Shown in pieces: positions 56,606 through 64,000 of a stretch of DNA of 64,000 nucleotides (positions are counted from its first letter, which is position 1; each line of letters starts with the position of its first letter). The DNA comes from Candidatus Heimdallarchaeota archaeon (GTDB lineage Archaea > Asgardarchaeota > Heimdallarchaeia > JABLTI01): positions 192,001 through 256,000 of the forward strand of contig JABCTZ010000036.1 in assembly GCA_018238155.1 (NCBI GenBank). Direction: 5' to 3'. The notes beneath the pieces are model-generated. The model did not search any database and had not been told where the DNA came from. It saw nothing but the letters and a program-made list of their open reading frames with translations. A program made the position numbers and the translations under genes.

Positions 56606-57307
56606 TTGAGGAAAAGAATAATGCCCTTAGAGAAATCTCCTAAATCGAAAGAAACAAAAAATCCTTGGATCCGAACTGAGACTAGTATGAGAAAATTACA
56701 AAGAATACTAAATGTTGCGAAACAAGTCTTTTACGAAAAAGGTGCTAATTGGAGTATGAGAGAATTAGCAAACAGATTAGATGTTGGTGTAAGCTATCTC
56801 TATAGGTATGTTCAAAATAAGAGAGAGCTTTGGTTTGCAGTAACTGCTCAAGAATATGATAGTCTAGCTGATCAATTTGAAGCTCATGTCAAAAACCATC
56901 AAGGAAAATCCATGATATTGCTTCAGTCATTTATGAAAATGTATCTAAAATTTGCTCAGGAAGAATTTCCTCGATTCTATTTAATGTTTTTAATGTTACC
57001 TCCTGAATCCGCGAAGGATCAAGGTCCATTTGAGCAATATCAAAATCCTCGTTTTTCTTTGATTTTAAATAAAGTTTTCATAACTGTTTTGGAAGAAGAG
57101 AATCTATCTCTAAGTAATCCTGAGTTAATTGGTGTGAAGCTCTGGGGTCAAGTTCTTGGAATTGCTACTCTCAATTCTCCAATTTACGATTATTTCAAGA
57201 AAGTTAATCCTAACCCATTTAACGAAAATGCGCTAGTTGACAATCTAATTCGTTCAATTCCAATAATGATTGAAACTGAGGTGAAGATCCAGCAGAGTTT
57301 GGAATAA
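56606..57307 (+). CDS. TetR/AcrR family transcriptional regulator
   Basis: ILNVAKQVFYEKG..WSMRELANRLDVGVSYLYRYVQNKREL HTH. Confidence 0.9.
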   Translation: MRKRIMPLEKSPKSKETKNPWIRTETSMRKLQRILNVAKQVFYEKGANWSMRELANRLDVGVSYLYRYVQNKRELWFAVTAQEYDSLADQFEAHVKNHQGKSMILLQSFMKMYLKFAQEEFPRFYLMFLMLPPESAKDQGPFEQYQNPRFSLILNKVFITVLEEENLSLSNPELIGVKLWGQVLGIATLNSPIYDYFKKVNPNPFNENALVDNLIRSIPIMIETEVKIQQSLE

Positions 57308-57310
57308 TGC

Positions 57311-58279
57311 TTACCGAATTTTCTGTTTGAGTTTTTCATATCCCACTGTGCTGAATGGGCACACCTTAATACAAATAGTGCAACCGTAATTTGAAGCGAA
57401 GTAGGGGAAACACTTCTTATTTTCTATATGCGTTAAAAGCCCGTTCTCGTGTTTTATTGGCTTCTCATAGATTGCTTTTGGTGGGCACTTTTTAATACAG
57501 TTGCCACAAGTTGCACAGTATTCGGGAATCCATTCATGTGGATTTTCGGTAGCAAATGGAAGATTTGTAATATTCGTAAACACCGCTGCTAATCTTACTC
57601 GAGAGCCAAATTTGGGAGTAATCAATAATCCATGTCTACCGAACCATCCAAGACCAGCATTTTTTGCTAATGGTGGATACAATACTAACCCACCAAGAGG
57701 ATGAGATGCATGAGCAGAATAACCATGATCACGTAAGAAAGTAGCTACTTTATTTGCGGTAATTCCTAAATTGTTGTAAGTTTCCATGATCATAATTATA
57801 GTATCCTGATGAGGAGCTTTAGCAATACTATTTTTATCCATCTCCATTACTAAAACAATAGCATTATCATGTAAGACTGCTTTATCTTTGAAAATTAGAT
57901 TACGCGGTAGTTTTGTAAAACCGATATTAGCTACTCCTTGAGCTCGGCAGAATTCTTTCAATTGTTGAAGAAAGATATCATCAATAGTCTCTTTTGGATT
58001 CTGAGTGTTTTTGCTAATACTGTTAAGTGATATTTTAATATTTTTTATATTGGAACGCATTAGATTGGTTGTCTTATTAATCATTAATGATTGCTCTTTC
58101 CCTTGTTCAACACTCTCAATAATACTTAAAGGAATATTAAATCTAGAAGGAGATTGCTCATTAGCAGTAATAACTCCTGGTTTTTCTGCTATTGCATTTT
58201 CTTTTTGATCAACTTTGTTAACAGAGGGTTTTACTACTCTTCTAAAAAAAAATCTTTTGATTTTTAAACCAATTTTCAT
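57311..58279 (-). CDS. Reductive dehalogenase/QueG-like cobalamin-4Fe-4S protein
   Basis: FLRDHGYSA, LAKNAGLGWFGRHGLLITPKFGSRVRLAAVFT, CATCGNCIKKCP, CTICIKVCPF. Confidence 0.8.
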   Translation of the reverse strand: MKIGLKIKRFFFRRVVKPSVNKVDQKENAIAEKPGVITANEQSPSRFNIPLSIIESVEQGKEQSLMINKTTNLMRSNIKNIKISLNSISKNTQNPKETIDDIFLQQLKEFCRAQGVANIGFTKLPRNLIFKDKAVLHDNAIVLVMEMDKNSIAKAPHQDTIIMIMETYNNLGITANKVATFLRDHGYSAHASHPLGGLVLYPPLAKNAGLGWFGRHGLLITPKFGSRVRLAAVFTNITNLPFATENPHEWIPEYCATCGNCIKKCPPKAIYEKPIKHENGLLTHIENKKCFPYFASNYGCTICIKVCPFSTVGYEKLKQKIR

Positions 58280-58332
58280 AAAGTCACAACAATTGTTATT
58301 ATTACTCGATTTATTTGAGGATTTCTTTCTCT

Positions 58333-58566
58333 TTATCTGAGAAAATTATTGTTATCTTTTTCATATTTCATCTTAATATTTTCCAATCCTTTCTTATCTG
58401 AATAGAATTCAATATAACCACAATCTACGCAAACATAAGAGTCTAACGTGGCTGTTCCCCTTTTCAGTAAAAGTCTGACTTTCTCTTCTCCAGCAACTCG
58501 GTTTGGTCCCAAAATAGATGATGAATTGCATTTTGGACATATTCTTGTTTCCTTCAAGTAAAACAC
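58333..58566 (-). CDS. Small zinc-ribbon protein
   Basis: CPKCNS...YVCVDCGYIEFY. Confidence 0.75.
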   Translation of the reverse strand: MFYLKETRICPKCNSSSILGPNRVAGEEKVRLLLKRGTATLDSYVCVDCGYIEFYSDKKGLENIKMKYEKDNNNFLR

Positions 58567-58739
58567 CTATAATATTAGATGTATTAAATTACTATTTAAA
58601 AATTGACATTGTATTCTAGTAAGTAATTTTTTTACAAATAAAGTATTTAATACAATAATTAGCAATGAAAAGATTTATTCTTATGAAAGCGGATAGAATG
58701 TGTAAAAACCTAGCTGAATATATATGAGGTAAATACTAC

Positions 58740-59993
58740 GTGATAGATATCGGTTTAGAATCACTCTTAATAATGGATAAAGCTGGCATTCCACTACTCT
58801 TTCAAAAGCTGGATCCAAAACGTTCAGATATCGAACCCGTTCTTCTGTCAGGTTTTTTAACAGCAGTAAAAGCTTTTTCAACAACTATTATTGATGATAC
58901 AATTTCTGATTTTCATGTTGATTATGGAAAACGATTAATTACCATCTTGTCGGGACAAAAGATTGTTTTCGCAGCAATTCATAGCCATAAATCAACTGAG
59001 AGAATAATACCTGTTCTAGCACCTTTGTTGAAAGAATTTGAAAGTCAATATTATAAAGAAGAACATATCGGTGAATCAGGACCATTAGAACAGTATGAAC
59101 CATTTAGAGAACGAATTGCCACTGTAATGGGAATTAGTAACCCTTCCTTAGATTGGATTCCATTCTATTCTGAAACAAATGGAGTAAAAGTAACTGATGA
59201 CAATAAAGTGAAGAATTTGATTGATAATCATTATTCTATACACGAAATTGTGAAACAAAGTAATCTCTCTGAACTAGAAGTATTGAATGAAATCTCTAAG
59301 TTGTGGGCAATTGGATTAATACGCTTCCGAAATATCTTAACCCAAAGAGATATTGTTATTCCTACAAGTAAAATTGCTAGTTATTTACAACCCTCTACGC
59401 TTGCATGGCAAGAACTCTATAAGGTTTTTCCAAATTTGATAAATGTTATTCCTCACATTCTGAATCATCTGGATGGAAGAACAACAGTAGGACAGGTTCT
59501 GAATGATTTAGTTTCAGAAGGAATTGAGAATGTTTTTTGGTTAATGGATTATTTATATATCAATGATGCTCTGTCCATTCTTTCACCGGAAAAAAGAAGA
59601 ATTCTAATGGCAAAAGAAATTTTACAAAAAAGTTTGGAAATTGCTTCAGGAATATATTCTCGAGAGGAAACCATTTGGCACCTCAAATCTGTTTTAAATG
59701 AGATACGTTCTCCAGAAATAGTCTCACAAATACGATTACAGAAGGAGAATTGGACTATTGAATATAGTTTTCTGGTGTACGAAGGTTTGACACCTGAGAA
59801 AGTTTTGCATTTATATGATATTTGGTTAGAAATTCTTAGAATGTTTATCTTTTCATTGGATGAGAAGAAAAGAAAAAAATATATTGAGCAGCTTACAAAA
59901 GAGCTCGATTTCGATTTCTTCGAAAAATATCGAAGTGAAGACATGGATGGGTTCGAAGAGTTTGCCTTTTGGTTGGAATTAGTGTTTATTTGA
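58740..59993 (+). CDS. Longin-like domain + tandem winged-helix protein (NPRL2-like architecture)
   Basis: LLIMDKAGIPLL...PVLLSGFLTAVKAF longin; WIP...LIDNHYSIHEIV...LWAIGLIRF and HLDGRTTVGQV wHTH repeats. Confidence 0.65.
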   Translation: MIDIGLESLLIMDKAGIPLLFQKLDPKRSDIEPVLLSGFLTAVKAFSTTIIDDTISDFHVDYGKRLITILSGQKIVFAAIHSHKSTERIIPVLAPLLKEFESQYYKEEHIGESGPLEQYEPFRERIATVMGISNPSLDWIPFYSETNGVKVTDDNKVKNLIDNHYSIHEIVKQSNLSELEVLNEISKLWAIGLIRFRNILTQRDIVIPTSKIASYLQPSTLAWQELYKVFPNLINVIPHILNHLDGRTTVGQVLNDLVSEGIENVFWLMDYLYINDALSILSPEKRRILMAKEILQKSLEIASGIYSREETIWHLKSVLNEIRSPEIVSQIRLQKENWTIEYSFLVYEGLTPEKVLHLYDIWLEILRMFIFSLDEKKRKKYIEQLTKELDFDFFEKYRSEDMDGFEEFAFWLELVFI

Positions 59994-60007
59994 AAGGAGG
60001 AAAAAGA

Positions 60008-60739
60008 ATGAAAATTGATCCCGAAAAAGCGATTAAGATAAAACCTGGTATTTGGTGGATAGGCTGGCCTGATTATCAAGCGGGGTTTTCTAATAATCCC
60101 TATTTGATAAAAGATGGAGACGAAATTGTTATCATTGATCCTGGTTCAAGACTAGATGCTCATTGGAGTATTGTTAAAAAGAAAATTGAATCCATTGTTC
60201 CACTTGATAAAATAACTATGGTCATTGCAACACATCAGGATCCTGATTTGTGTGCTTGTATACCCTTCATTGAAGATGCAGTTGGGAAAGACAATTTTGA
60301 ATTGGTTACTACTGATAGAACCTCACTTTTTATGCCTTATTATGGTATCAAATCTGAAGTGACAACTGTTGAAGATGGAGATAAAATGGAAATAGGAGAC
60401 AATGGAAGAATTCTACAGTTCATAACAAGTCCGTATTTACATTTTCCAGGTGCAATGGTTGTTTATGATACGCTAGAAAAAATTCTCTTCTCTTCTGATA
60501 TTTTTGGTGCATTTTCAGTTGATTGGAATTTTTATGCCAATAAATACTATCATGAAGCCATAAAATCTTTTGCTGAAACCTACTTACCTGAACAACGACA
60601 TGTAATTAATTTTCTAGATAAAATAAAGAATATTGATATTGATCTGATTTGTCCGCAACATGGTTCCATTATTGAACGAAAACATATTCCTAAAATAATT
60701 GATGTCATGAGAAATTTGGAGGTTGGAGTATGGAAATAA
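60008..60739 (+). CDS. MBL-fold di-iron protein, ODP (oxygen-binding di-iron protein)-like
   Basis: NPYLI..IIDPG, HQDPD, YLHFPG, LFSSDIFGA, ICPQHG; no flavodoxin domain; GGAGG SD before ATG 60008. Confidence 0.8.
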   Translation: MKIDPEKAIKIKPGIWWIGWPDYQAGFSNNPYLIKDGDEIVIIDPGSRLDAHWSIVKKKIESIVPLDKITMVIATHQDPDLCACIPFIEDAVGKDNFELVTTDRTSLFMPYYGIKSEVTTVEDGDKMEIGDNGRILQFITSPYLHFPGAMVVYDTLEKILFSSDIFGAFSVDWNFYANKYYHEAIKSFAETYLPEQRHVINFLDKIKNIDIDLICPQHGSIIERKHIPKIIDVMRNLEVGVWK

Positions 60740-61056
60740 GCTATCAACAAGCAACAGAATTCGCCCGATTGTTGATCATGAGGGGTTTTGGTTTGTATGG
60801 TGATAAGCAAATGATAAAAATCTGTAAGGATTCCGGAATCGATTGCAAAACAAGCGACTCATACGACTTTCCTGATAGCGAGAATTTAGAAGAAGCTTTG
60901 AGGAAATTGATGATTAATTATTCATCGTTTAATTTACCGGCTAAAATGACTGTATTAGTTCTTGCTAAGAAGTTTGGACTTGAAATACCCGAAGAGCTTA
61001 AATCTTCAAAGAAAAAGAAATCAAAATATAAGCAGAAATCCGAATCCAAATCTTGA
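60730..61056 (+). CDS. Small helical hypothetical protein with basic tail, translationally coupled to ODP-like gene
   Basis: 108-aa ORF overlapping the upstream stop by 10 nt. Confidence 0.7.
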   Translation: MEISYQQATEFARLLIMRGFGLYGDKQMIKICKDSGIDCKTSDSYDFPDSENLEEALRKLMINYSSFNLPAKMTVLVLAKKFGLEIPEELKSSKKKKSKYKQKSESKS

Positions 61057-61411
61057 ATTCATCTGGAAAAGGTTTTTTCCCTTCAAAAAAAAGGTGTTAA
61101 ATAACTCACATTTGAATTGATCATACAATAATAAACCAAACTCCCAATTAGATTATGGAGATAGATGTTTTCATCAAAATCTAGATTACCTGGGAATTTA
61201 TTATTTCTCTCAGTAACTACTTGGTTTTTTTGATATTTTTCATAATGTTTTAAGCGAGATTTAGTTTTCTTACTATTGAAACCTTTTTCTCAGTTTTAAT
61301 GTTTCTACTCAAAATAATATTCTAAATAAAAACAGTCATTTTTTATGAAGAAGACATTTATAAAATACTAAATCTATCTTACAAGACAACGTTATAATAA
61401 AGATAGAAAAA

Positions 61412-62791
61412 GTGATCATTATGGCAGATGAATTTTTTCTTACGATAAATATTGCAATGACTATTTATGCAATTTTAGCGGCAATCATTTTTTGGTTCTC
61501 TTGGAGAAAAAGATCTGATATTCTTTTCATCTTTATAGGAGCTATTGTTTATTCAATAGGACATACTTTTCTTATCTTCAAGCATTTTAATGATTTCTTT
61601 TCTTTCATTGGAAATGGTGTTATTTTATTAGCTTTAATAATAGTGATTTTCGGAATAATAATTGACTATTGGAAATTAATTGTAAAATCAAGAAAGGAGA
61701 ATGTTATCTTTATCATTTCATTTGCAATAACAATTATTGTTGCCACAGTTTCAATAATACTATTCAATATTTTTCATCTTTTAGATATTTTGAATGCTAT
61801 TATGCTACCAATGATTGCTTTGCTTTCACTATCAATATATTTCATCACGAGAATTTATCAAAAAGAGCAAACAATAACAAGATTATCCACGACGTTTACT
61901 CTAATAACAGCTACATTAACGGCTAGTTCAGCAATATTGGCAGTCTATTTTGACTGGGGTCTTGCACTAAATATTATATTGAGCTTTATATTTCAAACAT
62001 TTATTATGATAATTGGTTTAGCTGCAATTGTAGAAGAAAGAATTACACATTCTGAGGAGAAATATCGACTATTAAGTGAGCAATTAGAAGAGAAAGTAAT
62101 CGATAGAACTAAACAACTAGAAACAGTGAACACTGAACTAGAAACTTTTTCATATTCTGTAAGTCACGATTTGCGTTCTCCTTTAAGGAGCATCAGTGGT
62201 TTTGCAAATATACTACAGAAAGAATTTGCTTTAGAACTTGGTGAAGAGGGAAGGAGCTATATTAAACGAATTATGGCTAATACTAATCGAATGAGTGAGC
62301 TAATTAATGATCTATTGGATCTAGCACATATTTCACGCTCTGATCTGTTCCCAGAAATGATTAATTTAAGTGAAATAGCTAATGAAATAATGACAAATTT
62401 AAAACAGATAAATCCTGGTCGCAATATTGATTTTGTAGTTGAAGAAGAAATGTTAGCAAAATGCGATGCAAAACTTATTCGTATTGTCCTGGAAAATCTT
62501 CTTAGTAATGCAGTTAAGTTTACAAAGAATATTGAATGTGCGAAAATATGTTTCGAAATGATAGAACAAGATAATGAAATAGCTTTTTCAATAAGAGATA
62601 ATGGTGTTGGTTTTGATATGGCTTATAATGAAAAACTATTTGGTTTATTTCAACGCCTTCACAGTTCAGAAGAATTTGAAGGGACAGGAGTTGGACTCGT
62701 GACTGTAAAACGAATTATCGACCGACATCTGGGTAAAATTTGGGCTGAAGCCAAAGTTGATGAAGGAGCTACTTTTTATTTCAGGCTTTAA
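61412..62791 (+). CDS. Membrane sensor histidine kinase (multi-TM + HisKA + HATPase)
   Basis: About 7 TMs; FSYSVSHDLRSPL H-box, NLLSNAVKF, DNGVGFD, FQRLH, GTGVGL. Confidence 0.93.
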   Translation: MIIMADEFFLTINIAMTIYAILAAIIFWFSWRKRSDILFIFIGAIVYSIGHTFLIFKHFNDFFSFIGNGVILLALIIVIFGIIIDYWKLIVKSRKENVIFIISFAITIIVATVSIILFNIFHLLDILNAIMLPMIALLSLSIYFITRIYQKEQTITRLSTTFTLITATLTASSAILAVYFDWGLALNIILSFIFQTFIMIIGLAAIVEERITHSEEKYRLLSEQLEEKVIDRTKQLETVNTELETFSYSVSHDLRSPLRSISGFANILQKEFALELGEEGRSYIKRIMANTNRMSELINDLLDLAHISRSDLFPEMINLSEIANEIMTNLKQINPGRNIDFVVEEEMLAKCDAKLIRIVLENLLSNAVKFTKNIECAKICFEMIEQDNEIAFSIRDNGVGFDMAYNEKLFGLFQRLHSSEEFEGTGVGLVTVKRIIDRHLGKIWAEAKVDEGATFYFRL

Positions 62792-62944
62792 TGATTTTTT
62801 GCATTTCTAACCTGAAGACGAAAAAAAGTAATAAAAGGACAGAAATTCAAATTCTGTGGTTGAGTTTATTCTGAATTTGTTCTAAATTCTATTCGATTAT
62901 TTTTTCACTGTCTTACTCATTCTCTCTCTTAAAATGAGTCATAA

Positions 62945-62978
62945 TATTCTTATATGATACTATTCTCATATGAGAATA
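62945..62978. promoter_or_regulatory. Palindromic operator(s) at the 5' end of the PadR gene
   Basis: Perfect 18-bp palindrome TATTCTCATATGAGAATA (62961-62978) and degenerate copy TATTCTTATATGATACTA (62945-62962). Confidence 0.65.
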
Positions 62979-63557
62979 ATGTTTGGTGGCGAAGAATTGA
63001 ACTCGAAAGAATTTATCATTTTATCTCTCATAAATGAAGAATCATCACATGCTTACATACTTGAGGAAAAAATAGAACAAAGAGGAATGAGAACTTGGAC
63101 AGAAATTGGTTTTTCCTCTATCTATCGAATTCTCAATAATCTTGAGAAGATGAAGTTTGTTAGTAGTGAGATTATTCAAGAAGATGGAGATGCACGAATA
63201 AAGAAGAGATATACAATAACAAAAAAGGGGCAAGAAGAGCTAAAGCAAGCTGTAAAACAAGCATTAGCTATTTCTGAGCGATGTAAATCTGATTTTGCTA
63301 TTGGTCTATCAAATATCTGGTTATTAAAGAAAGAAGAAGCACTGATTGCACTTGAACTATTTCTACAATCAATACACAAACGACGAGAAATAATGATCGA
63401 ACGCTGGAACCAGATTGGTGGACAAGGAAAAATACCTTTTCTAATCGATGCACTCTTTGAACATGGAGATGTAGTGAGCAAAGCCGAATTGCAATTTGTT
63501 GAGAGTTTAGTACAGAAAATAAAGAAGCATGGAATAACACATGTTATTAATAAATAG
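62970..63557 (+). CDS. PadR family transcriptional regulator (start may be 62979 or later)
   Basis: IILSLI..ESSHAY, IGFSSIYRILNNLEK, KKRYTITKKGQEEL. Confidence 0.9.
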   Translation: MRIMFGGEELNSKEFIILSLINEESSHAYILEEKIEQRGMRTWTEIGFSSIYRILNNLEKMKFVSSEIIQEDGDARIKKRYTITKKGQEELKQAVKQALAISERCKSDFAIGLSNIWLLKKEEALIALELFLQSIHKRREIMIERWNQIGGQGKIPFLIDALFEHGDVVSKAELQFVESLVQKIKKHGITHVINK

Positions 63558-63569
63558 GACTAACAAAAA

Positions 63570-64000
63570 ATGAGTAAACCGTTAATAATTGATACTCACG
63601 TACATACGTTTCCCAATGAAGAAGTTGGTAAACAAATACTTGAAGGCATCAAAGAACAAACAAGTGTTCCGTACTATTGCTATGGAACGATTGAAGAATT
63701 GCGAACGAATATGCAAGAATGTGGCATTTCTAAATCAGTAATGGTTAATTTTGCCCCTGTGAATTGGACCAAAGGGAACAATTTTTGGACTTGTGCTGTT
63801 GCAAAGGAAACTGATGATCTAGTGCCATTTATTAGCCCTCACCCAAGAATGAAAGGACGAAAACCTGTTGATGAGATCAAGCATAAATTACCTTGGGGTG
63901 CAAAAGGATTGAAGTTTCACCCTGAAGCACAAGAATTCTATCCACATGATAAAAAAATGCTGCCTATCTACGAATTTTGCCAAGAGAAAAATTTGCCTAT
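63570..64000 (+). CDS. Amidohydrolase family (amidohydro_2) protein, partial (runs off window)
   Basis: Manual translation MSKPLIIDTHVHTFP...GAKGLKFHPEAQEFYPHD..MLPIYEFC. Confidence 0.85.
   Translation, partial: MSKPLIIDTHVHTFPNEEVGKQILEGIKEQTSVPYYCYGTIEELRTNMQECGISKSVMVNFAPVNWTKGNNFWTCAVAKETDDLVPFISPHPRMKGRKPVDEIKHKLPWGAKGLKFHPEAQEFYPHDKKMLPIYEFCQEKNLP

Overview
This is an AT-rich (roughly 30% GC by eye), gene-dense archaeal chromosomal segment, most likely from an Asgard archaeon (Heimdallarchaeia-like). That assignment is inferred from two things. First, there are archaeal informational genes: aIF2-alpha/Nop10, S6e/aIF2-gamma/PIN, and an intron-containing tRNA-Gly(CCC). Second, there are many eukaryotic-signature-like domains: about five longin/uDENN-like proteins, a roadblock, V4R, TPR-longin, an Arf-like fold and an actin-fold ATPase. 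Housekeeping and amino-acid catabolism genes (pyk, tdh/kbl, rocD, a proline/sarcosine dehydrogenase-like complex) are interleaved with accessory loci. The strongest candidate for an undescribed system is a co-oriented operon at 24.2-30.1 kb. It encodes a catalytically dead Arf-like GTPase, a highly divergent PrkA/YeaG-like AAA+ ATPase, a YeaH-like vWA protein, a SpoVR/YcgB-like protein and a HEAT-repeat protein, with a roadblock gene further downstream. Other highlights are an NPRL2-like longin-wHTH gene in an operon with an ODP-type di-iron O2 sensor, an EF1A paralogue with eRF3/Hbs1-like signatures, an ODR-4-like MPN protein, a multi-TM-longin-methyltransferase fusion, a reductive-dehalogenase/nitroreductase/TetR cluster with visible operators, and a candidate C/D-like RNA upstream of the tRNA. 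No CRISPR array, rRNA or transposase was seen. All family calls come from motif recognition by eye, not from database searches.
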